DNA from: Vulcanimicrobiota bacterium | GTDB taxonomy: Bacteria; Vulcanimicrobiota; Xenobia; Xenobiales; JADMJV01 | Assembly: GCA_050250895.1 (NCBI GenBank) | Contig: JBFWNU010000007.1 | Location: 256,001-320,000, forward strand | Reading direction: 5' to 3' | DNA length: 64,000 nt | Shown here: positions 37,101 to 46,144 of the stretch, one piece after another | How positions within the stretch are numbered: the stretch's first letter is position 1 | Layout: each line of letters starts with the position of its first letter | Made by a program: the position numbers and the translations under genes | The notes under the pieces: generated by a model | Seen by the model: only the letters and a program-made list of their open reading frames with translations | What the model was told of the DNA's origin: nothing | Database searches by the model: none

Positions 37101-39750
37101 GAAGTCGCCCTATGAGAAAGCCACCGCTCTCATCACGGTCGAGCGCGAACTGATTATGGAGCGCTATGTGCGCGACCTCGAAGGCAGCGCAGCGACCTTC
37201 GACTTGCCCATCCAATCCGAGCATTTGCCCAACGTTTATGTCTCGGTAGTGCTGCTACAGGGTCGTATCCCTGACAAAGGCTTTACCGAGGACGGCGACG
37301 ACCTGGGCAAGCCTTCCTTCAAGATCGGCTATCTGAATCTGCCGGTGACGGCGGTCGAAAAGCGGCTCACCGTCAAGGTCAAGCCCGACCGCGAAACCTA
37401 CGGTCCGGGCGAAGAGGTGAAAGCCTCTTTAGAAGTGGTCGATCAGGATGGCAAGCCGGTCAAAGCCGAGGTCAGTCTCTCGGTGGCCGACCAGGGCGTA
37501 CTCGGGCTGATCGGCTACCAGACCCCCGACTACTTCGACAGCTTCTATGGAATTCGCTCGCTGCGCGTGCGCACGGCCGAGACGCGCCTGGACGTCATCG
37601 GGCAGCGCAGCTATGGCACCAAAGGCGAGAATGACGGCGGTGGCGGCGGTTTCAACGCTCCCTATCGCGAGGATTTCCGCTATACTGCCTACTGGAACCC
37701 GTCCATCGAGACCGACGATCAGGGCAAGGCCAGCGTGGCCTTCAACCTGCCCGAGAACCTGACCACTTTCCGCCTGATGGCTACGGCGGCCACCCCCGCC
37801 TCGCAGTTTGGCTCGGGCGAGAGCAAGCTGGTGGTCAACAAGCCCCTCTTGATGAAGCCTTCCATCCCTCGCTTCGCGCGGGTAGGCGACAGCTTCCAGG
37901 CCGGGGTGCTGGCCTTCAACAACTCCGACAAACAGTTGGGTGTGACCATCACGGTCAAAGCCGAAGGGGTCGAGCGCACCGGTCACACTTCGACCACCAT
38001 CGCCCTCGAGCCGGGTCAAGAACAAGAAGTGCTCTTCCCCTTCAAGTCCGACAAGCCCGGAGAGGCCGTCTTGAAGTTCGACGCCGTGATGGGCGCCGAG
38101 CATGACGGGCTCAAACTGACCTTCCCGGTCCAGCTGCCTCAGGCCACCGAGTCGGTGGCAACTTCGGGAAGCCTCACCGAAGATCGCAAAGACGAAAAGG
38201 TCGAGGTCCCTCCCGATGCCGTTCCGGGCACGACCACTTTGACCATTCGCCTGGCCTCGACTGCCCTCGGTGGCCTGGACAACTCGGTGATGGCCCTGTT
38301 GGAATATCCCTACGGCTGTCTCGAGCAGACCATGTCGCGGGTGGCCCCGCTGGTGCTGGCCGAAGAGTTGGTGCTCGCCTACGACTTCGAGGGCTATGAT
38401 CAGGCCAAGGTCAAGACGCGCGTTCAGACCGCCCTCGACTCGCTGCCGAACTTCCAACTCGAGAACGGCGGCTACGGCCTCTGGACCGACTCGAAGTACG
38501 CCAACCCGTACGCCACCGCCTACGCTCTGCAGGTGGCCAAGCTCTCGGCCGACCGTGGCTACAAGGTGAATCAATCCAGCCTCAAGAAGGCGCGCGAGTT
38601 CCTGCGCAAGTTCATGCAAGGCGAGATTCGCCTGGAGTATCCCATCTCGGACGACGAGTTGCTGGCGTTGAAGGCCTCGGGAGGCTACGCTCGCGCGGTC
38701 TGGGGCGATCTCGACGCGGCCACGGTGAGCAACCTCTATGGCAAGCGCGACAAACTGCCGTTGGTGGGCAAGTTGTACCTGCTCAAAACGGCTCGACTGA
38801 CCAAGCAGAAAGAGGTGGTGGCCACCCTCGAGCGCGAGTTGACCAATGCGGTTAAGATCGAGGCCGAGACGGCTCACTTCGAGGTCGACCCCAACGAACT
38901 CAGCTGGCTCTACAGCACCAACATTCGGGACACGGCGCTGATTTTGCAGGCTTTGCTGGAAGGCGAAAAGGAGTTCCCGGTGGCCGACAAGGTGGTTCGC
39001 TGGCTCAGCGAGTCGCGCACCCGTAGCGGAGGCTGGGGCAGCACCCAGAACAACTTCGCGGCCATCTATGCGCTGGTCACCTATCAAAAGCGCTACGAGA
39101 AAGACCCGGCTGACTTTACCGCTCGGGCGGTTCTGGGTGACAAGGAACTGGTGAGCGAGGTCTTCAAGGGTCGCCAGACCCAGGTGAAAAGTAGTAGGAC
39201 CGAACTCGGCCAGGAGCAATCTGGCACCCTTTCGCTGGTCAAACAAGGCAAGGGACGCCTCTATTATGGCCTCACGATGACCTATGCTCCGGCCGTGGAA
39301 ATGCCTCCGCGGGACGAGGGCATGGCGGTTTTCAAGACCATCAGCCGGCTCAGCGATGGCAAAGCCGTCGCCGATCTCGAGGCGGGCAAGACCTACAAAG
39401 TCACCCTGTCGGTGGTCACGCCCCGAGAGCGCCATTTCGTGGTGGTGGAAGATCCTATTCCGGCCGGAACCGAGATCGTGCAATCGACCTTCGAGACCGA
39501 GTCTGACGAGATGCGTGAATTGCTACGCCTGGCCAATGTCAGCGCCTGGTACACGTTCAATCACTTCGAGAGCTATGATGATCGGGTGTTGCTCTTTGCC
39601 GACGGCCTCGCGGCCGGAGAGTACACCTACGAATACCTGATTCGGGCCCGACTGCCCGGCGACTATGCCATGCCGGCCACCAAGGTCGAGCAGATGTATC
39701 ATGCGGAGGTGTTCGGCACGACCAGCAAACAGACCGTGAAGATTCGGTGA
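34132..39750 (+). CDS. Alpha-2-macroglobulin family lipoprotein
   Basis: Lipobox LAGC; ERGLYRPGE; YPYGCLEQ thioester motif; WGSTQNN; directly upstream of pbpC. Confidence 0.95.
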   Translation: MVYLKEFLVSKRPWLIILLGLLVLAGCRTQQTTLINEVKPVLPAGERRPVEVVLASPQGLTTSTNDYDSVTVVFNQAMHPLSALPKDGPKGPLTLEPQVSGTYHWKGTATLEFRPSKPLPFGTKFVGKVAKGTKSWAETELAQDYQFEFITPGPILKGSVPAGNAQGVSPKANVRLVFNQPMDADKAKESVLFYRLDAKTGKTVDVPFKLRAATAADFDQEQQDPPVAQSLILEPSSLEGETSYSVKLKEGLMGQQGSQGASKVELITFTTYGPLRLTNDIKSSDNPEQGYGFHFTNPVKMSDLVANLKIEPAVELPEGYAQDSYEWSDLFLYLDFEPRKTYKLSLSGKLKDAYGNELGKDVELTLTTTDYQPRAGMAEGLGVLEAAGPRVIPLGLRNFKSYHLRLAGIPGSQVQSVVTSDKAFWTSKAYTPPGGFKVDKDVPVKTPLNEAVDRPVDLKAALGGSRYGYVYYQVQVGSASNGWNFRGLAQVTNLGLTAKFSPENIVVLAASLDGGKPLPKVAVQVRDDNGKVLWKGVTDKEGLVQAPGWAKLGLKATGDWGGPSLWVFANQGKDETFVRSNGFGGISPWMFDQVSYDWDQQKVEYGAHAFSERGLYRPGEEVFLKGTMRQKAAGRWQLPEVKQVHFKLTDSRDKEVVKGTLPVNSFGSFDQQLDLPKDCPTGTYQVAYSLDGGRYLCSESFRVEAFEPAQFEVTVEAGDGPLVAGDSYEFDIKGWYLFGAPMQGEPGTWTARLEPHTIQPEGYDGYDFGPGYFGDETPDEATKLANAAGKLDDKGLLHGQVKLDGMTFKGDGLLVVEGTVTSPTRQQLSGRKRIPVHRGEFHVGLRPSSSFVPTKKAVDLDLVAISPKGDTLQGKSVKVEMVRREWNSVRKADVGGAYRWVVETQDKVLDTFEVRSAVKPATFQLTPPEPGFYLVRATANDGRNNNILTTSYFYAYGDGYVPWGRSDDDVIELVADKNRYAPGDTARILVKSPYEKATALITVERELIMERYVRDLEGSAATFDLPIQSEHLPNVYVSVVLLQGRIPDKGFTEDGDDLGKPSFKIGYLNLPVTAVEKRLTVKVKPDRETYGPGEEVKASLEVVDQDGKPVKAEVSLSVADQGVLGLIGYQTPDYFDSFYGIRSLRVRTAETRLDVIGQRSYGTKGENDGGGGGFNAPYREDFRYTAYWNPSIETDDQGKASVAFNLPENLTTFRLMATAATPASQFGSGESKLVVNKPLLMKPSIPRFARVGDSFQAGVLAFNNSDKQLGVTITVKAEGVERTGHTSTTIALEPGQEQEVLFPFKSDKPGEAVLKFDAVMGAEHDGLKLTFPVQLPQATESVATSGSLTEDRKDEKVEVPPDAVPGTTTLTIRLASTALGGLDNSVMALLEYPYGCLEQTMSRVAPLVLAEELVLAYDFEGYDQAKVKTRVQTALDSLPNFQLENGGYGLWTDSKYANPYATAYALQVAKLSADRGYKVNQSSLKKAREFLRKFMQGEIRLEYPISDDELLALKASGGYARAVWGDLDAATVSNLYGKRDKLPLVGKLYLLKTARLTKQKEVVATLERELTNAVKIEAETAHFEVDPNELSWLYSTNIRDTALILQALLEGEKEFPVADKVVRWLSESRTRSGGWGSTQNNFAAIYALVTYQKRYEKDPADFTARAVLGDKELVSEVFKGRQTQVKSSRTELGQEQSGTLSLVKQGKGRLYYGLTMTYAPAVEMPPRDEGMAVFKTISRLSDGKAVADLEAGKTYKVTLSVVTPRERHFVVVEDPIPAGTEIVQSTFETESDEMRELLRLANVSAWYTFNHFESYDDRVLLFADGLAAGEYTYEYLIRARLPGDYAMPATKVEQMYHAEVFGTTSKQTVKIR

Positions 39751-42041
39751 GGTCCCGTTGGCGAAAATTGTTGCTGCTCGGCCTGGCCGGGTTGGTGGTG
39801 TTTTTCGCCGTGCCTGTGCCGGAGCCCCTGGCTCGACCCGACCAGGGGTTGTCGTTGCGGCTGGTCGACCGCCATGGCCAGGTCCTGCGCGAGGTGCTCT
39901 CGCCTCGCGCGGGGGTGGAGACCTGGGTTGGTCTCGAAGGCGTATCCTCGCATTTCGTGGCCGCCATGGTCTGCTCGGAAGACCAGCGTTTTTACTGGCA
40001 CCCGGGCGTTGACCCTCTGGCCGTCGGCCGGGCGATGCGAGCCAACTGGCAGGCTGGTCGAGCCCTCGAGGGTGGGTCGACCATCACCCAGCAATTGGTG
40101 CGCAACCTGTTGCCCGAGCGTCCGCGTACGGTGGTGGCCAAACTGGCCGAGACCTATTGGGCCGTGCGACTCGAGGCCCGCCTGTCCAAGCGGCGCATCC
40201 TCGAGTGCTACCTCAATCGCATCTCGTTTGGTAACCAGTGCTACGGTATCGAGTCGGCCTCCCGGTTGTATTTTTCCAAGCCGGCCTCGGAACTCTCGCT
40301 GGCGCAGGCGGCCTTTCTGGCGGTCATCCCCCGCTCGCCCGGCAGCCTCGATCCTTATCGAGAAGAGCAGAAAGCAACCATTCAAAAGCTATCCGGCCAA
40401 CTGCTGACCCGGGTGCAAGAAGCCGGTCTGGCCTCGGCCGAGGCGGTGGCTGTGGCCCGGCGAGAACCTATCGAGCTGTCGCCGCTGGCGCCGACCTTTC
40501 AGGCCGGCCACTTCACCGATCTGGTGCTCGATGGCGACCCCTCGGGGCCGGTGGTGAAGACCACTCTCGACCTCGGCCTGCAGCACCAGATCGAGGGTTT
40601 GCTGGCCGCCCATGTCAAGCGCCTGAAGGACCATCGCGTGGGTAACGGCGCGGTGGTCGTGCTCGACGTCGAAAGCGGTGATGTGTTGGCTCTGGCCGGT
40701 TCGGCCGACTACTTCGACTTTCGGGCCGAAGGGCAGTTCAACGCGGCCGTGGCCGGCCGCCAACCCGGCTCGACCCTCAAACCCTTCAACTATGGGTTGG
40801 CTATCGAGTCAGGCCAATCCTTGGCCAGCCTTTTGCCCGATATCGACCTCTATCCGGCCGACCAGGGCGACACGTTTATCCCGCGCAACTACGACTCTCG
40901 CTTTCACGGGCCGGTGCGACTGCGCACGGCGCTGGCCTGCTCCTACAATGTGCCGGCGGTGCGGGTGCTCGAGCGGGTCGGCACCGACCGCTTCTGGCGG
41001 CGCCTGCACGCCCTGGGTTTCGAGCACCTGACCGAAGACCCGGACCACTATGGTCTGGGCTTGACCCTGGGAGATGGCGAGGCCAGCTTGCTGGAGTTGG
41101 CCAACGCCTATCGCACCATTGCTCGCGGGGGCTCGCACACTCCTGTGCGTCTGCTCAGCCAGTCACCGGCCGTCGCCCCTCGCCAGGTGATGGACCCTCG
41201 CGCGGCCTTTCTCCTGACCAGCATCCTCAGTGACAACGCTGACCGCGTGGCCGCTTTCGGCAGCGAGAGTTCGTTAGCCCTGCCCTTTCCTTGCGCGGCC
41301 AAGACGGGCACCTCGAAGGGGTATCGCGACAATTGGACCATCGGCTTCACTCCCCGCTATGTGGTGGCTGTGTGGGTTGGCAACTTCGGCGGCGAGCCCA
41401 TGGTGGATGTCTCGGGTGTGACCGGGGCGGGCCCTCTCTTTCGCGACGTGTGCCTGACGCTCGGCTCCGGAGGCACCTTCGCCGTGCCCCCGGGGGTCAA
41501 CCAGCGAGCGGTTTGCCCGAATTCAGGACTGGCCCCGGGCCCGGATTGCCCGAATTCCATGCTGGAGTGGTTTCTCGAAGAAGCCCCTGCGCTGGGCCAA
41601 TGCGACGTGCACGAACGCATTACTCTCGACACCAGAACCGGCGCCCGAGCCGGGTCAGATTGCCCGGCGCGCTATCGCGAGACGAAGCTGTTCACCGTCT
41701 ATCCGCCCCTTTATCGTGACTGGATGCTCAGCGAACGCATGCCTGTGCCGCCCCCTGAAGGTGACCTGGCGGGTGAGGTTCGGGTCGCCTTTCCTCAGCC
41801 CGGCACGGTCTTCAAGCGCGATCCCGTGCTCCGGGAAGCTTATCAGAAACTGTCGCTCAAAGCGGTTCTTCCCAAGGGCACCCGGCGGGTCCAATGGTTT
41901 GTCGACGATCGCCTGGTGGGCACTACCCTGGAGCCTCGCTGCTGGTGGCAGATGCAGCCCGGGCCGCATCGGGTCAAGGTGGTGGCCGAAGGCCCCGGCG
42001 GGCCGCTGGCCAGTCGCGAGGTGGACTTTTCGGTCCGATGA
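39747..42041 (+). CDS. pbpC: Penicillin-binding protein 1C
   Basis: EDQRFYWHPGVD, GGSTITQQL, GSTLKPF, SYN, KTGTS; C-terminal BiPBP-like domain; GTGA overlap with A2M. Confidence 0.93.
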   Translation: MRSRWRKLLLLGLAGLVVFFAVPVPEPLARPDQGLSLRLVDRHGQVLREVLSPRAGVETWVGLEGVSSHFVAAMVCSEDQRFYWHPGVDPLAVGRAMRANWQAGRALEGGSTITQQLVRNLLPERPRTVVAKLAETYWAVRLEARLSKRRILECYLNRISFGNQCYGIESASRLYFSKPASELSLAQAAFLAVIPRSPGSLDPYREEQKATIQKLSGQLLTRVQEAGLASAEAVAVARREPIELSPLAPTFQAGHFTDLVLDGDPSGPVVKTTLDLGLQHQIEGLLAAHVKRLKDHRVGNGAVVVLDVESGDVLALAGSADYFDFRAEGQFNAAVAGRQPGSTLKPFNYGLAIESGQSLASLLPDIDLYPADQGDTFIPRNYDSRFHGPVRLRTALACSYNVPAVRVLERVGTDRFWRRLHALGFEHLTEDPDHYGLGLTLGDGEASLLELANAYRTIARGGSHTPVRLLSQSPAVAPRQVMDPRAAFLLTSILSDNADRVAAFGSESSLALPFPCAAKTGTSKGYRDNWTIGFTPRYVVAVWVGNFGGEPMVDVSGVTGAGPLFRDVCLTLGSGGTFAVPPGVNQRAVCPNSGLAPGPDCPNSMLEWFLEEAPALGQCDVHERITLDTRTGARAGSDCPARYRETKLFTVYPPLYRDWMLSERMPVPPPEGDLAGEVRVAFPQPGTVFKRDPVLREAYQKLSLKAVLPKGTRRVQWFVDDRLVGTTLEPRCWWQMQPGPHRVKVVAEGPGGPLASREVDFSVR

Positions 42042-42454
42042 GATGGCTCTTGCTGGTTCTATTGGTGGCTCCCATCCAGGCCCAGGAACTGCGCTTCCCC
42101 TACACTTTCGTCAAGGCCTCGGTCGAGATCCAGGTGATCAACTGCGAACTCACCAGCGATGGCAAGTATTTTCTGGTCCATTGCCGTTTGCGCTCGTTGG
42201 CGCGCGAGCCGCTGCGCGTCGCCTGGCGCGAATTGTTTCGACTGCAAACCCCGGCCGAACAGTGGCTGGGGCCAAACTATGATGCCGGGGTGGACCGGGG
42301 CGGCGGGCTGACCAGAACCTACGGCGACTTCGAACTCAAACCCCGCGAAAAGGTCAACCTGCTGGTGGCCTTTGCGCTGGCCAAGGACGAACTGCCGGCC
42401 CGCCTCGAGGCCGACGGCAAGCTCTCTAAACCCATGGGAGCGCCCCCGGGGTAA
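42038..42454 (+). CDS. Hypothetical secreted protein
   Basis: ATGA overlap with pbpC; signal MRWLLLVLLVAPIQA. Confidence 0.7.
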   Translation: MRWLLLVLLVAPIQAQELRFPYTFVKASVEIQVINCELTSDGKYFLVHCRLRSLAREPLRVAWRELFRLQTPAEQWLGPNYDAGVDRGGGLTRTYGDFELKPREKVNLLVAFALAKDELPARLEADGKLSKPMGAPPG

Positions 42455-42472
42455 CTCGGCGCAGCGCTCCCC

Positions 42473-43147
42473 CTATTCGAAGTAGCTCAAAGCGCGGCTC
42501 ACCCGCTCGTGTTTCACGGCCACGGCCGGATCGTGGGTCACCAGATCGGCGAAAAGCGCCTGCTGGCGGCGCAGGCGTTCGGCCAGGAGCGGGTCTTGGC
42601 GGCGCAGCAAGTGGGGCCCGAACCGTTGAGCCACTTCTGGGTCCAGGCCGTCATAGGCGGGATCCGGAGTGGTATCTCGGCGCAAGACCAACACCTCATA
42701 GAGCCACCGGCCCTGCACCAACTCTTCGTGCCTGAGATGGTAGCCGGAGGCGAGCCCCCAGCTTCGCAGCCAGTGGGCCCCGTCGTTGGGCTGCACCACC
42801 ACCAACTCGGGGACCCGGTCGGGATGGGCCGCCAGGATCGAGGCGATCAGCCGAGCCCCCATGCCGGTCAGGCTCAGACTATCGACCTCACCTGCCTGCA
42901 GAGGCTCGAGTCCGTCGCCCTCACGCACCTCGGCCGTCCAGGCCGCGAGTTCGCGTCGAGCCCGAGCCAGGGGCCCGGGATGCTTCTCTACGGCGATGAC
43001 ACGCTCGACTCGCTGGCTGGCCAGCAGATAGCGTGGTAGCAGAGCATGGTCGGTGCCGATGTCGGCGTGAACTCGACTGTGTATAGCTGCGGCCACCCGC
43101 AGCAGGCGCTCATCGAGCTTGTGCTCGAGCCAGTCCTTATCGTCCAA
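42473..43147 (-). CDS. trmK: tRNA (adenine22-N1)-methyltransferase
   Basis: LDERL..ADIGTDHALLP..GP..GDGL..GMGA.LI..QPN; TTG start assumed. Confidence 0.85.
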   Translation of the reverse strand: MDDKDWLEHKLDERLLRVAAAIHSRVHADIGTDHALLPRYLLASQRVERVIAVEKHPGPLARARRELAAWTAEVREGDGLEPLQAGEVDSLSLTGMGARLIASILAAHPDRVPELVVVQPNDGAHWLRSWGLASGYHLRHEELVQGRWLYEVLVLRRDTTPDPAYDGLDPEVAQRFGPHLLRRQDPLLAERLRRQQALFADLVTHDPAVAVKHERVSRALSYFE

Positions 43148-44279
43148 GGGTGCGGGTGAGTTCGCGCACCATAATGGTTCTCTGAATCTCGCTGGTGCCT
43201 TCGTAGATCTGCAGCACCTTGGCATCACGCATCAGTTTCTCGACCGGGTATTCTTTGCTGTAGCCATAGCCACCATGGACCTGGACCGCCTCCACTGCGG
43301 CCCACATGGCGGTGTCGGCGGCGAAAGCTTTGGCATAAGCGGCCTCGAGGGTGTTGGGCTGGTCGTTGGCGATAAGCCAGGCGGCCTTTTGGACCAACAG
43401 GCGGGCGGCCTCGGTCTTCATCCCCATGTCGGCCAACTTGAAGCCGACCCCCTGCAGGGCCGCGATGGGAGCTCCAAAGGCTTTGCGTTCGCAGGCGTAG
43501 CGCGTGGCCTCTTCCAGGCAGCGACGAGCAACGCCCACGGCCACGCTGGCCACCAGCGGGCGTGAGCGGTCGAAGACCTTCATGGCGATCTTGAAGCCCT
43601 CGCCCTCGCTGCCCAATAGAGCGTCGAGGGGCACCCGCACATCGTCGAAACTGACCTCGGCGCAGGGTGAGGCCTTCTGGCCGAGCTTGGGCAGAGGGTT
43701 GCCCACGGTCACGCCCTGGGTGTGGCGGTCGACCAGAAAGGCGCTAATGCCATGGTGGCCGGCGTTGGGATCGGTCTTGGCAAAGACCACCAGAATATCG
43801 GACTGGGGGGCATGGCTGATCCAGGTCTTGCTGCCTGAGATCACCCACCCATCACCATCCTTGCGCGCTCGGGTGGCGATAGCGGCGGCGTCTGAGCCGG
43901 CCCCCGGCTCGGTCAGGCAGTAGGCGCCGAAGCTCTTCGAGAGCACGTCGTAGGCCCATGCTTGCTGGGCCTGCGAGCCACTTACGTGGACAGCGTCAAC
44001 CACCAGCGAGTTGAGAGTGATGGCCACGGCGATGCCAGCGCAGCCCCAGGCCAATTCTTCGGCCACCAGGGCGATCTCGGTGGGGCCGAGACCGGCGCCA
44101 TCGTGCTCGACCGGGACGTTCATCGCCGTAAAGCCCAGTGGGCGTGCTTTTTCGACCACGGCCCTGGGGAACTCGGCCTTCTCGTCGTAGTGGGCCGCGA
44201 CCGGGGCCACTTCTTTGCGGGCGAAATCGCGGGCCAATTGCTGAATCTGGCGCTGTTCCTCGGTCAGTTGAAACTGCAT
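43137..44279 (-). CDS. Acyl-CoA dehydrogenase
   Basis: YCLTEPGAGSD, GSKTWI, RKAFG, QVHGGYGY, IYEGTSEIQR. Confidence 0.95.
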   Translation of the reverse strand: MQFQLTEEQRQIQQLARDFARKEVAPVAAHYDEKAEFPRAVVEKARPLGFTAMNVPVEHDGAGLGPTEIALVAEELAWGCAGIAVAITLNSLVVDAVHVSGSQAQQAWAYDVLSKSFGAYCLTEPGAGSDAAAIATRARKDGDGWVISGSKTWISHAPQSDILVVFAKTDPNAGHHGISAFLVDRHTQGVTVGNPLPKLGQKASPCAEVSFDDVRVPLDALLGSEGEGFKIAMKVFDRSRPLVASVAVGVARRCLEEATRYACERKAFGAPIAALQGVGFKLADMGMKTEAARLLVQKAAWLIANDQPNTLEAAYAKAFAADTAMWAAVEAVQVHGGYGYSKEYPVEKLMRDAKVLQIYEGTSEIQRTIMVRELTRTLGR

Positions 44280-44288
44280 GGGTTCTCC

Positions 44289-44909
44289 TTAATGAAGTAG
44301 TCCGGCTCGCCGCGGAGGCCAGAAGATCAATTCGGCGCGACCCACCACGTTGTCGAGCGGAACCTGCCCGATAAAGCGTGAGTCGCGCGAGTTGTTACGA
44401 TTGTCTCCCATGACGAAGATGTGTCCCGGCTCGACGGTGGTCTTGGGGAAATCCTCTTCCATAGGCGCGGCGATAAAATTCTCTTCGAGTTCGAGGTCGT
44501 TGAGCCAGAGGTGGCCGTCCTTGACCTCGACCGTGTCGCCTTCGACCGCTACCACCCGCTTGATTAAATCGGTTTTGTCGCCATCATAACTCTCTTCCGG
44601 CGGATGAAAGACCACGATTTCATTGCGCGAGGGACGGCTGGCTTTGTAGAGTAGCTCGTCGACTAGAATGTAGTCGTTGATCTGTAGGGTGGGCACCATC
44701 GACTCCGACGGGATGTAGAAGCTGCGCACCACGAAATGGATGAGCAACAAGGCCACCACCCCGGCCCAGACGATGGCGTCGATGGTCTCTTTAGCCTTGG
44801 CCTGAAAAGCCGGTCCGCCCCAGATAGCCCAGTTCGGGGCCAGGTGCAGCGCGAGCCGATAGACGGTCAAGATTACGACAAAAATAATCAGTTGGGTTTC
44901 GGTCATCAT
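44289..44909 (-). CDS. lepB: Signal peptidase I
   Basis: IPSESMVPTL, LIKRVV, FVMGDNRNNSRDSR. Confidence 0.93.
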   Translation of the reverse strand: MMTETQLIIFVVILTVYRLALHLAPNWAIWGGPAFQAKAKETIDAIVWAGVVALLLIHFVVRSFYIPSESMVPTLQINDYILVDELLYKASRPSRNEIVVFHPPEESYDGDKTDLIKRVVAVEGDTVEVKDGHLWLNDLELEENFIAAPMEEDFPKTTVEPGHIFVMGDNRNNSRDSRFIGQVPLDNVVGRAELIFWPPRRAGLLH

Positions 44910-44981
44910 GCGCCCCCGGGCATTCTCGCCCCCGGAGAGAATCTCCCTTCTCGGCTTGTAAAACAAACCGGAGGTCGACCT

Positions 44982-45695
44982 TCAGGTTGCTCCCAGCAGG
45001 CCCATCTCGGCCAGGGTCTGGCCGGCTGCCTCGGCCCAACCCCGGTTGGCGGCTGGATTGGCGGGGCTGGGATGGAGGATACGAGCGACCTCGACATCCA
45101 GGCCCGCCAGCGCCTCGCGGGCTCGGGACTCGGCAAATCCGCCGACCCCGATCACCAGTCGCGGGGCCAACTCTTCGACGGTATCGCGCAAAGCCTCGTC
45201 GCAGGCCGCGAAAAGCTTCTTCTTCTCGCCGGCTTTGAGCTTATCGGGGGTGCGATTGCGGCCGCTTTCTTCGAGGAAGATGAGCGGGCAGTAGTTGTGG
45301 ATGAAAAAACGTTGGAAGAACCGGTCAGGCGTGCCGAATTGGTCGGCGAAAAATCCCCACAATCGGGCTCCGCTCACCTCGCTGCGCTTGCATTCGAACC
45401 CTTCTATGGGCCGCTTGGGGTGAACTTGCAGAGGCTGGTCGACCGGGGCTTGGAGCCCCAACCAGTCGCGCACGTGGGCCACCTCGCCAAAGGGAACTCC
45501 GGTTTGAGCCATGCCCCAGGGACCGGGGTTCATGCCCACCAGAATGGCCTCCTTGGGGCCCTGACCGTAGCGGTCGACGTAGAGTTGGAATGGTTTCGAG
45601 GCGTAGACGAGAGGGTTGTAAACGTGAGTAACGGGCTGCGAAAACTTGAGCTGAGAGAGTTTCTGGTTGAGTCGTTCGAGGATGGCCGGCGTCAT
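44982..45695 (-). CDS. SMUG1-type (family 3) uracil-DNA glycosylase
   Basis: YNPLVYA, GMNPGPWGMAQTGVPFG, EVSGARLW, NYCPL, HPSPANP. Confidence 0.93.
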   Translation of the reverse strand: MTPAILERLNQKLSQLKFSQPVTHVYNPLVYASKPFQLYVDRYGQGPKEAILVGMNPGPWGMAQTGVPFGEVAHVRDWLGLQAPVDQPLQVHPKRPIEGFECKRSEVSGARLWGFFADQFGTPDRFFQRFFIHNYCPLIFLEESGRNRTPDKLKAGEKKKLFAACDEALRDTVEELAPRLVIGVGGFAESRAREALAGLDVEVARILHPSPANPAANRGWAEAAGQTLAEMGLLGAT

Positions 45696-45931
45696 GCGGC
45701 CAGATTACCCCAAAAGTCGCCCAGACCCTGGTTGGCGCCCCAGCAGAGAGCTTCTTTGCTGAGACTGATGAAGTCGCCGTTGCCGGTGGTTTCGACTTCG
45801 TTGGCCGCCGAGTAGCTGCTGCGGTAGTTCGAGCCGTAGCCGCCGCCGTTGTGGCCGGTGCCGACGCTGGCGTGAATGACGAAGCGGTCGTCGTGGCTGT
45901 TGGCGGTGTTGAAGAGGTGCAGCAGGTTCAT
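45692..45931 (-). CDS. Small hypothetical protein (79 aa)
   Basis: Strong C/G-ending codons; ATGA overlap with the SMUG1 gene. Confidence 0.6.
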   Translation of the reverse strand: MNLLHLFNTANSHDDRFVIHASVGTGHNGGGYGSNYRSSYSAANEVETTGNGDFISLSKEALCWGANQGLGDFWGNLAA

Positions 45932-46144
45932 CGTTTCGGCTCGTTTCTCAAGTTTCTAGCTTGAGAATACCGAAGCACCCTGAAAGGAATTTGAAAACGC
46001 CAAAAGGCCGTCGGCGACTTTGCCCACAGATGACCTGGACCCTCATGGGTCACGCTTAAACGCAGAGCAAAGCCAAGCATAGACTTTGCCCTGACGGACC
46101 AGTAGCCTGTAAATTAACCTCGCGGCCTGAAAAAAGACTGAAAC

